Assembly (NCBI GenBank): GCA_963693365.1
Contig: CAVNZM010000009.1
Location: forward strand, 9,735,743-9,799,742
Reading direction: 5' to 3'
DNA: 64,000 nucleotides
Origin: Amoebidium appalachense
Taxonomy: Eukaryota > Protista > Ichthyosporea
Below, in pieces: positions 43,877 to 57,214 of the stretch. Numbering within the stretch: position 1 is the first letter of the stretch; each line of letters starts with the position of its first letter. Position numbers and translations under genes: made by a program. The notes below the pieces were generated by a model. That model was not told where the DNA came from. It made no database searches and saw nothing but the letters and a program-made list of their open reading frames with translations.

Positions 43877-45322
43877 TCAACGCCGACGCTCGGCCATAAG
43901 TTTAGCCGACGCCTGCTGAGCATGATCTTTCCACCTAATACCTTCGGGGGCTGAGGGAAAGGTCTTAGGCAATTTTCGGTTGGGACAATCCCGTTTCTGA
44001 TGCCCTATCCCAGTACAATGGAAACAAACTCGTTCTGAAATAGGCACGACTGGTCTCTCACTACCCTGTTGGCCACCGTGCTTGCCGTTTTTCTGATAGG
44101 GAGCCGGGCGACGGGGTTGACGGTCATTTTTGGCCTTACCACCGGCAGCCTGGAAGGCAGCCACCTGAGCCGATAAGCTAGCTATCTGAGCCTGCAGGGC
44201 AGCAATCTCCGGAGCACCAATACCACTACAGTTGTTACCTGGGGTGGAAACACTATTGACCTGCGCTTTCTTGGCCGCCTGCCGACTAGCGAAACGACCC
44301 TCCAGCTTGTTAATAATTTTCGACTGAGCCTCATCAAGCTTGCTATTTGCCTGAGCTATTTCCCACAACTGCGCATCGGCCTCAAACGTATTCCTGTATA
44401 AACTACGTTGCATTTGACCGCTGACGTCGGTGTTCAAACCAGCTAACTCCAGCAGACGGCGAAACGTGTTGGTGTGTGCCGTCACTTGGCCACCAATACT
44501 GGCAGCCGTGGCATCCGACGTGGGAGTGAAACGGAGGGCCCGGATATGTGTCTCATATGATTCACGCCGAATGTTGGTCAGCCAGTAGTTCTCGATGAAA
44601 CGCAGCAGCCACTCAGGCGCCGTCAATTCGACTTCGACCTGCAGAATCTCACCCTTGCCCTTGTGCATAGGGCGAGTCGTCTTCAGTGGTGTCCGAGAGG
44701 CCAGGTGAAGAAGAGAATCCTCCGAGCGCACCTCGCCGTCAATGCCGAGGGCACGAACCGGCACCGTCTTGTTGTCGTTTTCAGGATCCATGTAGTCGTC
44801 AAGGAGGGTAGCCATCTCCAACACATGAGGATCACCACTTGCCCGGTTCACACTCTGCAGAATCATAACTTGCCACTGGGCCAGGGGAGTGTCGGGGGAC
44901 AGCTTGGCGATGCGATCGATGAGACGGTACCATTCAAACACGTTATCAGCCTTGGAGAGCTGAGGAATCTTAAGCTTCTCCATCATAGCCGCAGCCGCAG
45001 CACACACTTCAGGAACCTGAAAAGCCTTGGCCGCAGGGGCGTCGTAGAACACTTCATCCATCACAATGGGATCTTGCCACTCCATCAAACTGGGGGGCAG
45101 AGCGTCGAGAAACTCCGGGTCTATTTCATCCTGCGGGTCCATAACTTGGCCGCGCCACTGGGTGAACTTGCCGACGGTGACATCCTTGAGCTTGCCGAGG
45201 GGGCCAAAAACAAGAGCTTGGGCGAAGGTTGCACTCAGCCCCGCGACCGGCGAAAAGGGGGGTTCCGGCTCCATGTTGGGGGCGAAAGCAACAGCCGAGA
45301 CGGAAGTTTTGCAATATAGCAA
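43877..45322 (-). CDS. Gypsy gag
   Basis: 481-aa ORF with the C-terminal zinc knuckle CFHCTGIGHQKRDC, upstream of the protease. First ATG at about 45274. Confidence 0.88.
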   Translation of the reverse strand: MLYCKTSVSAVAFAPNMEPEPPFSPVAGLSATFAQALVFGPLGKLKDVTVGKFTQWRGQVMDPQDEIDPEFLDALPPSLMEWQDPIVMDEVFYDAPAAKAFQVPEVCAAAAAMMEKLKIPQLSKADNVFEWYRLIDRIAKLSPDTPLAQWQVMILQSVNRASGDPHVLEMATLLDDYMDPENDNKTVPVRALGIDGEVRSEDSLLHLASRTPLKTTRPMHKGKGEILQVEVELTAPEWLLRFIENYWLTNIRRESYETHIRALRFTPTSDATAASIGGQVTAHTNTFRRLLELAGLNTDVSGQMQRSLYRNTFEADAQLWEIAQANSKLDEAQSKIINKLEGRFASRQAAKKAQVNSVSTPGNNCSGIGAPEIAALQAQIASLSAQVAAFQAAGGKAKNDRQPRRPAPYQKNGKHGGQQGSERPVVPISERVCFHCTGIGHQKRDCPNRKLPKTFPSAPEGIRWKDHAQQASAKLMAERRR

Positions 45323-47099
45323 TTGGATTGGTGTAGCTTGTAAAGTATCCTCACGGACACTTCAGTGTAAAATGTATGTGTATGAGTGTAAACGGGGTTC
45401 ACTCTGAACTGGATTTCAGAGGATCGATGCGTGCGTTTATATACGGATGGTCGACCCGGACAAGATTACTTGACCAATCACACAACTCCCTAGCCGACCA
45501 ATCATATTACAGATTAGTACAGGGCTAGTAATTACTGTGTGTGACTACTTGGTCTCTTGCCGGTTCTAACACTCATATATAATTTTTACTGCTGCATGAC
45601 TTATGACTTACACAGCCCCGAAATATACTCCAAATAAACAGATACCAGTACTTTTCCTGTTTGTGACTTTGGTTACCAGTTACCTTTCGGAGTGCTGTCT
45701 CTCTCACATGTGTAACTGCAGGTTTACAACGACCACTCATTGCAGCTGGACTTTACCGGGATGCCCTCGACATGACTGGTCGAATATGAGACTCCCCAAT
45801 CACTCACAACCTGCTTGTTAGTTATTCGTTCTCTATGGCCGCAGCATTTAATGTTCCAATCAACACAGAAGAGGCCATAAGTGTCCACTCACGCGAGTCT
45901 CACCGTAGTTCTTTTCCAAGTAACCGAACATATGTAATTGTATTCGATCATCCGATTGGAAAAGCAGATATCACATTTATGATTGGCTCATTCGTCAGCA
46001 AACGCCGACATCTGACTGGATGAGCCGGCACCGACGAAATGTAAACAAAGCAAATAGATCTGAATAGATCTGAATCGATTGATTGACACGAATGCTCGCC
46101 GCGGAGACATAACACCAACCTCCTTGGCAGCCATCTTATGTTTGATGGGCACCGTATAAGTTGCATTGGTTTCGTATTTTTCCAGCGCTTTTGCAAGACG
46201 TTTCCCCGTAAAGTAGAATCTTGTGGGAAAAGAACACACGTGTGGGTGTCAAAACAACGTTTTGAAAATGAGTGTGTGGTGTGCCTTGCGTGTGTGCATA
46301 TACATCGATTGTGAGTGTTTCTTGAGGTGTTGAAATGGTTAAATATACAACAGAAAGGTAAGAACATGTGCATGCCTAGATTGTGAGCACATTTGACAGT
46401 TGTCCTTTTTTCTTGAAGCAAACACTGATACAGTTACTATTTATCAAGAATCCATAATATAGACGGAATGAAATGACACCAGATGCACCCTTTCTCCAAA
46501 CTGCTTCTTGTCTCTCGCCTACTTGCCCTTCTCTTTTTGCCTTTCTCTCTCTCTCTCTCTCGTGCCTCCCCCCCCCCCCCCCCCCCCTTCCCCACCTCAT
46601 CCCTCCTTTCCCTACCTTTCTCGTTCTCATTCTCTCTCTCTCTTCCCTATTCCCCTGTCCCTATCCGACCTCATCTCTCCCATATACCCCCCCCCCCCCC
46701 TCCCCTCCCCCCTCTCCCTCATTTCCCCTCACCCCCCCCCCCCTCCCCCACACCTGCTCCCCTCTCCCCCCCCCCCCCCCCCCCCACGCTGCCTTCACCC
46801 TGTCCACACCTTTGCGAGAGGGCCCCTGCACACATTCACACAGGGACACGCACAGGCAAACTTGTATAAGCACACACATGCACATGCGCATGTGCACAAC
46901 ACATGTGCACGTTCCTTGCATAATTGGAACACAGACCCCAAGACATAACACATGCGCGCAAACATCCATCAATGCACATATACAAACACAAATATTCCGA
47001 ACGTGTGGCAAAACACACACACACACAGGTAAGAGGTCATCTGCCCCCCAAGCATTTAGGGTCTCCCCTTCCCCTCTGCCCTCCCCCCTCCCCCCGCCT

Positions 47100-47133
<34 letters not shown>

Positions 47134-48906
47134 CTCTGTCCTGCCACCACCATCACCACTGCCAATCCACGGGTAGGCACCAACATCACCCAAACTTGAT
47201 TTTCTTCTCATTCTGTGTTCTAATCAAGAGTCCCCCGCGCAGTCCACCACTTCATCACCCCCTTCCCCCCCCCCCCCCCACCCTCTCCTCCCCCCACCGA
47301 ATACAAGCATATCCACTGTTAAGGTTTATAAAACTGTATCCAGCCCCACAAGCGTGCTAGTATCTTGACCAGTTACACATTCACGTTTACTCCATCTCAC
47401 AAGCAAGAAAGTGTATCCGATACCAGCATATCCAGCCCACATGTCGTACGTGTACAACGTAAAAAAAAAAAAAAAAAACATGCCGTACATGTACAACTAA
47501 AAAAAACATATCGCACATACCTCTTGCTGTTGTCGAGAATCAACCTAAGCAGTGGTAATAGGTGTGAATGGGCTTCAACCAGTTACCTTTTTTGGACAGG
47601 TGAACGTGTGTCCCTCATCCTTTGCACAAACTCACAGACCCTGCCACCGGGGAGCCCTATAGCTAGCTAGCTAGCTAGCTAGCTAGCTTAATTAATTAAA
47701 TTCAACTTCTTACGTTTGAATACATGGGCGGGTCCGGACATACGTTTGATTGGCTGGTAGGCCAGGCATCAATCGCCAGAGGAGGGGTAAAATCAATTTG
47801 AGCCAAATGATTACATATGGGATTTCCATCGTTTTGTACCGTGTGTGCCTCAAGCTGCAAGGCACACACTGAACCACAGGCAGCTGAAGAAGCTTATTTA
47901 TATACATCAGCAAACATCTCCCGGCATCTTTTTCCCGTCTCAAACCACTCTGGGACATCCTAAACCCGTAACCCATCCTGAACCATACCCTTTTTAACCG
48001 TTATTAGTTAGAGATGACTCCAAGCTATCCCTAACCCGTCCGGCTTTAGCAGGCGATATTAAAGACATCTCTGTAACTACGTCCTTAGTATATCTGTAAC
48101 CCGGCGAAACCCTATCCCGTGTTCCATCTGTTTCCTCCCCCAAGCATATCTTAGAGCCGTCTTTGTTATGTCTTAAACGAATCTATAAAAAGACAATATT
48201 TATGAACTTTTACTAAAAAGATATCCCTAGCATATCTGTAAGCTATCGATAAGCCGTCTACAAGAGCGCTTTGCGATCACCAATATCCATCTTTAATACT
48301 ACTTTATGTAGTTCAGACGAACATATATGGCATACTTAACACCTCTTGAAGAATTTGCAGAGATATATTAGAGATATGTTGTGGTTAACCTAAATGTATC
48401 CTTACGATGTAGTTATGTAATATGTTATTTCAGTCTAACACGAGTTGTCGACTTTAGGACCTACTAAAAGCAACTCACCGATGTGATAGGCTAGGGATAT
48501 TTTTATTGGTACATAGTGACACAAACAAAGATATGCGTGAGACGTATTTACGTCATAATATAGATTCATCATCAATTGAGGAAAAGACACAATTAATATA
48601 CACTTTAGACGGCTTTAGGACGGCCTAACGTTATATATGGTCGCTCCCATAGATAGAATAATTATATATTCATAGTTCTGGTAAGAGCACCGGAAGATTT
48701 CTTGATGCAATTTTAAAGCCATCTTTCAGGATGTTCTAAAAGTCACACTAAAAAGACCGTCGTCATCCTTAAAGTCATCTGTTGGATGGCTGGAGGTCGT
48801 CGTGATGATATCTTAAACCCCCACCTCCCACCTCCCCCCCCCCCCCTTTTCCTGGGGACCACCACCCACCCCACATGAACCTTTGACGATCGATGACGAC
48901 GACGGC

Positions 48907-49132
48907 CAGACCCACAGGGTCTTGCCTCCATACTTTATTTACCTTAACAGGACAAAGAGCCGGTACCCACCTATGGGTGCTAAACATGCACATGATGGTT
49001 CGTGTGCTATAAAAGCAACACAGAAACGAAACACGGAAACAACAGCAGCCATAGGACAAAGAGCCCCAGACCCACAGGGTCTTGCCTCCATACTTTATTT
49101 ACCATAACAGGACAAAGAGCCGGTACCCACCT
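48907..49132. repeat. 66-bp direct repeat, two copies
   Basis: ccagacccacagggtcttgcctccatactttatttacc(t/a)taacaggacaaagagccggtacccacct at about 48907 and about 49067. Confidence 0.85.
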
Positions 49133-50352
49133 CATCAGCAAAGGCCACCCACCCATCCATTCGGTATCATTCGGGCATCATGGATATTAGAATGATAGTA
49201 CCCATCCACGAACCCACCCTTCATCCAACAATATATCAGTCTGATACTCTTTTTGTTAAATCCTAATATCCGGTTATTTTAAGATATTAGAATGATATCC
49301 ATGTCTAGATATCATTCTGATATTGGAATAGCCCCCGAAAAAGCCCGAAAAGCCCCCGAAAAAAGGCATTGTTCTACTTGTTGCTCTATCCTTTGGCCAT
49401 CCCGCTATGTATCATTCTGATAACATAATAGATATTGGAATGATACATACCCTCAAATGCTCTACGTTTTCAGATAGGGGTAAACATATCTGAATGAGAC
49501 TTGAATAGTACATTACAAAGTACAAAAAGTGCCCTCGTTGGTCATGCACGGTTATCCAAATGATATCATAATGATATCATTGCAAGAACGGGAGGTGTAT
49601 TATAATATCTTTGTATGCCCTATTATGGTATTGGTATGATAGAAGAAAATGAAATTATCTTCCTTTCCTAATATCAGAATGGTCTCATTCTAATACCGTG
49701 AATGATATCCAAATGATATCTATTGTAGAAAAGGGGGTGTATTATAATATCTTTGAATGCCCTATTATGGTATTGGTATGATAGAGGAAAATGCAACGAA
49801 ATTCCTTTCCTAATATCATATTGGTGTCATTCTAATATCGTGAATTCCAAAACCTCATATCATAATAGCACTATTCCAATATCTTAAAATCGTGGAACAT
49901 TTAAATCTGTACCCTATTATAGTATCATAATTGAGAGACATGTATATCATTATGGTCACCTTTGAGTGTCGTTGTGGGCATCATAATGGTCACTTAAAAT
50001 ATATCATTCGTGTACCATAATGGTACCATTTTATTGATTCGTTCCGTCGTCGACGTCCCCCCCCCCCTCCCCCCCCCCCCCCCCCCCCCCGGTCGATCTG
50101 CTATTAGCACTAAACTGTATTCAGACTTAGAAAACAAAAAAAGAAATTCTAAGTAAATCTCAAAAAAAACAAAAAAAAATTTTTTTCTAAGTAAATCTCA
50201 AAAAAATTTCTAAGTCTCGCTCAAAGAGAACTACGTATCATGATGTTTTTCAAAAGTTCTAAGACATACGCCCAGCATGTGTTAATACCGTCACATTTTA
50301 ACCTTCCAAACAACCATAATAAAACATAACAATATACTAACATTTTTGTTAG

Positions 50353-50897
50353 TTAGTATACTAAATTATTATTTCTTTTTCTTGTGTTCAAATTCTTGGG
50401 GGGGGTCTTTATGGGTGATTGTGCGGGCCGCTTATTGGCGACGCGCGACGCCTCGTCGCTGCTGCTGCCGCCGCTCTCACGCTCCTTGTCCCCCGCACCG
50501 CCATCCACCGACATGTTGCCGTCCAACAGCTTGGGGTCCACCACCTTCTCGACGATGACGTTGGTGTCGGGGATGGGGTCGGCCTCCTCATGACGATGTC
50601 TCCGTCGTTCTTGTCCTTGTTGCCGGCAGCGTCATCGTTGATCTCCTCGGCCTCCTGGACCTTAGCCTCGGCCTCCTTGGCCTTTGCCTCGGCCTCCTTT
50701 AAGTTAGCCTCGGCCTCCTTTAAGTTAGCCTCGGCCTCCTTGGCCTTAGCCTTACGGACGCGCTCGTACTGCTTGATGTACTGTTGGGGCAACAGAATGA
50801 CGTGTTAGTCTTACTTGTGTGCTGGTGAACAATATTGCCAAAATACAGGCAGAATATTCCGTGCTGGTTCATAAGGGCTTCACTTAACATTGATTTG

Positions 50898-50942
<45 letters not shown>

Positions 50943-53900
50943 TGGTGGTGGTGGTGGTGTGTGTGTGTGAGTGTGTGTTGTGGGGGCGGGGGGGGGGGGG
51001 GGGGGGGGGAGGGCATGGGTGTGCTACATGGCATTAGAGTGAGTGGGAAAAACTGTGTCGGTCGAGGCACTTTCACAAGAAATAAAATGGGGTTTTTTGG
51101 GGTGCTGGTAGGGTGTCTGTGTATCTGTGTGTGACTTGTGTATGCAGCAGAGGGTTGGATATACGGAAATGAAGACTTCAGAACACAAGCCAGAAACCCA
51201 AAAAAAGGGGCAGGAATTAAACGTGGGTGTGCATGTGTGTGTGGAGGGGGTGAGGGGGGGGGGGGGGGGGGAAAGACAAAACATACCGCCTTGATGGTTT
51301 TAGGGTGTGCCCCACCAGCGTAGTTCGGTTCATTGACCCTGTACACAGCTTGGGGCCAGTTGGTGTTGTCCTTGCACTGGTGCATCTGGATGCACTTCAA
51401 ACACTCCTCGAGAAGGTTCACGCAGACACTGAAAAATTGCGTCCAGCCCTTGGCAATGTCCTGAAGGGGGAACCAAGGATACGCGGGTTAGAGTACGTGT
51501 GGTGCTCTGTGGTAGACAGGCGTCTGTAATGGTGGGCAGCTCTAGGAGTGGGTACAGGACAAAACTCAAATTATATTTAAAAGTACGCACATAGTTTGCA
51601 TAACAAGGGGGAGGGTGGGGGGGGGGGGGGGGAGGGTGGGGGGGGGGGGGGGGGGGGGGGGACCTGAAGGGGAGGTGACAGTGCTCATCTGTTATATAAA
51701 TCAGATGGCTAAACCTAACAAGTTTCCTGTTTTATAAATGCTCATCCAAAATATCGGTTGATGGCCCCCTATATCGTTGAAACACTGGCAAAGCATATGC
51801 TCATCCATGACCCATCTGGATGGCTCCCTAGATACTCGTAGCAAGGATAGAGAAGGCCTTACAATCAAAAACATCATTGTACATTCGAATTCGAATCTCG
51901 GAGGACTACCTACACTCATCATGGATGCATGTATGATATCTATAAGGATATCTATATTAGATAACAAAATATATTTAGATATCTGAATGATATCTCCAAA
52001 TATATACACAAAAGGACCTGTTGGATATACAAATTCTGCTATGTTTGTTTCGAGACCGTGCAAAACGGTGAAGGGATGAACGGGGTCTGAGGAGATGAAC
52101 GGGGGGAGGGGGGGGGGGGGGGGGGGGGGATAAAGAGAAAGTTGTGGAGGGAGGTGGCTCGTGCACTTCCATAGAAAGGCTTGATGTTGAACCAGGTAGG
52201 GGTGGTGGTGGGGATGGGTGTTGTGTTGGAAGGTTGGCGCGGGGGGGGGGGGGGGGGGGGGGGGAGGTACATACACGTGAACTTTTGCCGCCAATCACTG
52301 CCCTGATGCCCTTCATGCTCAGGGAGCTGAACATGCGGTGGAATGAGGCATACCCATATGGGTCGCCAGTCACTGGATCGGCGCTGTACTTGCGGCCACA
52401 GGGAGCGCCATCCAAGAGAACCTCATCGAGCAGCGAATTCCACAGACGGCCACGCACATCGGCCGTGGGTACCCACGTCATCAACTGCAAGGGACAGGAA
52501 AAGAATGTGGGCGGGGAGTGAAAAGGTTAATGATCAACCAAACACCTGGTATTTGTGCTAAATGGGAAGGGGTACACTATCGGCAGAAATGACCTCGAGA
52601 GATTGATCACTGAGCAAGTAGAGAGTAGTGCATGGGAGAAGAGGGTTGGTTGGGAGTGAGGGGGGGAGGGGGAAGGGGGGGGGGGGGGGGGGGGGGACAC
52701 CAAAGCACAAATAATACAAAACCGAAAATACACTAGTCCTTTATCCAAAAGTTGAGTGTAATAGGGTAGGGTAAACGATGAAGGGATGAATGGGGTGTGA
52801 GATGGGATGACCGGGGGGGGGGGGGGGGGGGGGGGGTTAGAATGCGTTACAGAGTACGAAGTACTACACATACACGATGGAAAACGCAATGCGATGAATG
52901 GGGGGGGGGGGGGGGGGGGGTTCCAGAGAAAGTTGTGCAGGGAGGTGTCGCGTGCACTTGCATAGAAACAGCTTGTGTGCCTGTGTGTGTGTGTTTTTGG
53001 GGGGGGGGGGGGGGGAGACTTGCATCCAAGTTGTCAGTGCCTGGGACCACATAGTACTTGCTCAAGAAGGTGCGAATGTGCCCATGCAGCGTGGACCTGA
53101 CCGTGGTGAGGCCAGTGCGGATCTGGGTGACCTGCTTCTTCTGGTCAGACTTGCGAGCTGCGTTGTGCAGAGCATTGCACCATGCCTCCTTGGCCGCCGC
53201 GGGGATGCGGTCGAAGTTGACGGGGTCGATCAGCTGGGTGGTGGAAAGGACAGCGGCGGCCAAATCGCGGTCGTTCTCGTCGTTGATGTGCGGCGTCTCG
53301 AGCAGCATGCGCTGCCATAAAACGTCGGTCTTGGTTCTGGACATGACGTTGTTGGCCTGAAGGAAACAACAACATGTGAACAAAGGCCGTTGCGTTCCAA
53401 AATACCAAGCAATCAAAACGGATGAGCTATTGTGTTTTTAGCGCTTGCGTTGATTGATTGGAGAAAAACTAGCATCTAAATAGCACTGTACCCTGGTCCA
53501 TTTATTCAATTGAACATACCATCATGATGCGCGGCAAACATTATATCTTTTGTGGCAATTAATTACTTCCTCAAGTGTGTATACAAATAATGAGCTTCAG
53601 ATCAAGAAAAAAAATTCTAAAACATAGAAAATGGTTACAAACGAGTGTACAGGAGGTAATGGATAGGGTGTGCGTGTGCGTCTGTGTGCTTTCGTGTGTT
53701 GGTGTGTGTATGCTGTTTGAGGTTGGGCCTTTTTGTTTGTTTTCTCCTTTTGTTTCCGATAGGGGAAAGGGAGATACGGGGGAAGGGAGGGGGGGGGGGG
53801 GGGGAGACATACACACCACTCTAAGCCCTGCTTGAAGGACATGGGGCTGTTCTCCTGGCTGTTGCTGCCATCTTCTTGGGGGTCCTCCTCGTCGATGGAG

Positions 53901-56019
53901 TCCGGGCTGGCAGAACCAACGGTGCGGGGAGCCGGCGGTGTTTTCTGCTTCACACTGGGAGTCGCCGCTTGCTCTGCCCGGTCGGCATCGGTGAGCGGGA
54001 AATCCATATGCAAAGGATTAAGCGCAAACCGCATCTCGGCGCGGCTGACGGTCTTCAGGAACTGAATCTGGCGGCGGAGGCTGGCGCGGGGAAGTCTTTG
54101 AGGGACCACGGTAACAAGGTAGGACAGTTCGACTGGGTCCCGCGGCAGGGCGTCCTGTATTTTCTTGTCGTTCAGGTCCGCGTCGAGGTCCATGTTTCCG
54201 AGCTGTTCCTCCACGGCCTCTTCCTCTTGACCGTCAGCCCACTCGTCGTCTGGATCTTGAATTTGTACTGCACACAAGGGTGAGTGATCATTTCGGGCAT
54301 AAATTTGGATGTTGGCAAGACAGGGACGGGGGCTAATTGGGAAGATGTTTCATTGCATGATATGCAAGTGCACATTATGATAACCTTTTTGTATAAATAT
54401 ACATATAAAGAACCATTAGAATGATATCTAAAATATCACTAAAGATATCATTATGTGCAACCAAAAGTTCAACCATACCATACAACTCTCGTGCAACTAA
54501 AGATATCCACACCTATAACATACATCTCTCAAACACCAACTGTGCAGCGTAATACCGAACACCAACAAGAAACAGTTGAAAGGAAACACCCTCACACAAG
54601 CACCAAATAGACCATCTTTGTTAGAGGGGGGTGGGGGTAACAACCAGCAACCGGAATATTTAACTGTCCCACTGAGCCGAAAGCAGCAACCATCTTTTCG
54701 ACGCTGGGTACAAAATGCGGGCGACAGTCACACACAGGATACAGTGAAAGCTGGTCTATCCATCTAAACGTGGCTGTGTTCACTGCCAAAGCGATGTTGG
54801 GACCCATCTGAAAACCATAGTGCAGTGAACCGGGCGTGGTCTGTACCAAGTCACCAGCCCGCTGCACAATAATAACTGGAGCCATTCCAATTGAAGCCAG
54901 AAAGAGAGGTGAACGAGGAATGTAATTCTTGTGTTGCAAAGGGTTGGAACACGATTGCGGAATCTCCTTCACTGCAAGCGCGAGCAGACGTTTGTACTGC
55001 GACGGAGGATGAATAAACCATATCTTCAGTCCCCACAAAAGTAGGCTGGCAGAGGCTAGAGCAGCATCCTCGATGTGTGCACCAAATAAAGTCAACCCCA
55101 TAAGTGTCAACTGCATATACAACATGGCTTCGTTTATGCCAGGCATTGCGTCTCCGTAATGATTTGCCCCCAGCGGTGTGAAGTCAGCAATGGTGGTCAC
55201 GTAAAAAAAACGACTGTCGTTGATCTTTGTGGTGTCTACCTCAACGTCTGAGGCATACACCCCTCCCTTGCCCACTAGGTTTTCTTGGTAAAAGTGTGCT
55301 ATCTCATCACCACTCATGTCTGCTAGACCACCCCTTTCCTTAGGAACGGCGGGGATATCGGACAGCTTCACGCTTACATGCTTCCTATCAATTTCACACC
55401 AACTGTCTGAAACACTTGCAACTGTCTGCCTAACTGCCTGTTTCCTGATTTCCCTCGCACAAAATAGTTTGATTGCTTCCCCAAAAGGGATAGGGGACCC
55501 GAAACCGCTGAGTAAACAGCCCCCGTCACCACGCGCCTCGGCCTTGTGCAAGGCACTTAGTGCTTGCAAAGCTCTACGTTTATCCATGTGTGTGCTCGCC
55601 TAATACCAAACATAAACCATTAAACGACAGAGTGGAAATGACGTTGGGTTTAGGATTTTAAGAGCTTATATACCATGCAGAGCACAACGGTCAGAACAAC
55701 ACAAAGGTGAAGGTGAACACGTAAGACACCCACCTTTCTTGCGACCGTTAAGGATGCTGATGGCGAAAGGGGCGGTGTTCTTGGTGATGCTCGAGAGCAT
55801 CACAGTAGCAGCGCCAGCAGGGTCCGTGCGGCTACGTCCCGTCCTCGACCCCGCAGGGTTAGGGGCCGGCTGCGTCCCCCCGTTCTTGCCGCTGCCGGCC
55901 CCTTTTGGGTTGGGCTTCGAGGGGAGATTATACGTATCATCGTTGCTATCGTCGCTGGCTACTGGTTGTTCCTTCTGACGATGCTTGAGGCCCTGACTGC
56001 GTGGTTTCCGTTGCAGCAT
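50353..56019 (-). CDS. Transposon accessory gene B, unknown function, homologous to 5694-13968
   Basis: Exons about 56019-55734, 54255-53813, 53356-53024 (GC donor), 52484-52275, 51460-51287 and 50780-50353 (frameshift about 50590). Motifs YVVPGTDNLD, PCGRKYSADPVTGDPYG and YAGGAHP; the C-terminus has KEAEA coiled-coil heptads. Confidence 0.75.
54592..55587 (-). CDS. KDM4-like JmjC histone lysine demethylase, intronless 331-aa ORF nested in intron 1 of accessory gene B
   Basis: GVYASDV, PGINEAMLY, FGAHIED (HxE), LKIWF, CSNPLQHK, VQRAGDLVQTTPGSLHYGF, PNIALAVNTATFRW and VCDC align in order with KDM4 motifs YGADV, GVNTPYLY, WHTED, PKSWY, C..FLRHK, QEAGEF...YHAGF, NCAESTNFA..RW and CSC. Confidence 0.92.
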   Translation of the reverse strand: MDKRRALQALSALHKAEARGDGGCLLSGFGSPIPFGEAIKLFCAREIRKQAVRQTVASVSDSWCEIDRKHVSVKLSDIPAVPKERGGLADMSGDEIAHFYQENLVGKGGVYASDVEVDTTKINDSRFFYVTTIADFTPLGANHYGDAMPGINEAMLYMQLTLMGLTLFGAHIEDAALASASLLLWGLKIWFIHPPSQYKRLLALAVKEIPQSCSNPLQHKNYIPRSPLFLASIGMAPVIIVQRAGDLVQTTPGSLHYGFQMGPNIALAVNTATFRWIDQLSLYPVCDCRPHFVPSVEKMVAAFGSVGQLNIPVAGCYPHPPLTKMVYLVLV

Positions 56020-56138
56020 AATGTCGGCGGGTTTGTGCAAGAAAAACACCTTACAGGCATCAGACTGATACTTTTCTGCGGGTGTTTGAGTGGTTTTGGG
56101 TGCGAAAAATTGATGCATACCGATGTCGTACAATGATT

Positions 56139-56150
56139 TTTCATTGGTCC
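56139..56150 (-). promoter_or_regulatory. Conserved CCAAT-box motif GGACCAATGAAA upstream of accessory/JmjC gene B
   Basis: Identical to 5563-5574, with the same 120-nt spacing to the ATG (56019). Confidence 0.6.
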
Positions 56151-57170
56151 ATCGGCCGATCAGATTAATATTCTGAAGCCAATCAGACATGCTACATTTT
56201 GTTTCTGCTGAGGCAGTGCAAACCAAGTCAAATGGTGGCCCACGGTTGCATCAAGTTTTATAATTAATCGGTACCTATACGACAATTACCCTTTTGAAAG
56301 CATTTTATATTTAAGTATTTTTATCGATGAAAATAAAAAATACCTAAGTATACAGTATGTGCTCTATTTCGAGAACAGCATCCCTAAAAAACGCGCCAGT
56401 GCCTTGTTCCCTTATTGTCGTGATCCCCCGCAATTTCCGTTCATTAGGCTTGTGCGTAAAAAGCTAATATTGAATTTCCAGTGTGGGGAATACGACTATG
56501 AAACCGTAACAGCCATACTTCAAAGAATGAAATTTGTTTGTCACTGTAAAAATACACAATCTCGCACTCCAGATAATTTCTCATGCCTGCCTATGCCTCA
56601 TTCTCAAAGGAAAAATGTTGCACATGATAAAAACATCCGAAATATGGGGCTGAAATTGTCGAAAGTGATTTCGTGCACATTCATCTATTAAGGTGTTGGG
56701 GGATCCGGTGTTTTAGTGATCACCAATGGGGAAGGGTTGTCCTACGGCGAAATTGCCATGTGCAAAGAACCGAGCACCCCAATGCTCAATAAACGATGGG
56801 TGAGGCAAAACTTTACCGTCCACACTAGAACCGAATTTGGGTTGAAGCTGCTACTACTAACGTTTAAAAAAATTATTGATGCACGGACCGTTCTTTGTAT
56901 AATTTTAAGGCGGGTTAAAGCTCAGGCAGTGTTTGCTTTTTCTGATAGTTAGCATGATATTCACCCAATCAGAAAGACGTAATTCGGAGCTGCTCATCGA
57001 GATATATCATTGAAGCCTTATTGATAGCATCTTGATGGATTGGATGGGTTTCAAAGCCTCATTATACTATCAGACTGATATTTGTTCTTGGTTTGCGACG
57101 GTTCGCGCTGTAAACAAAAGAAATTATACAAATGTGATAAACTATATATATAGAAAAGAAACACAACATT

Positions 57171-57214
<44 letters not shown>

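Larger units (their letters stand above)
30731..45613 (-). mobile_element. Ty3/Gypsy LTR retrotransposon, fragmented by nested insertions, 3' end lost; 5' boundary approximate
   Basis: Order gag-PR-RT-RH-IN on the minus strand. The reading frame is restored across both insertion sites. A TATA-like tatataaa at about 45435-45442 lies in the presumed 5' LTR. Confidence 0.9.

Noticed and set aside
47661-47700. (AGCT)n plus (TTAA)n palindromic tract
   Set aside because: Simple microsatellite with no supporting context.
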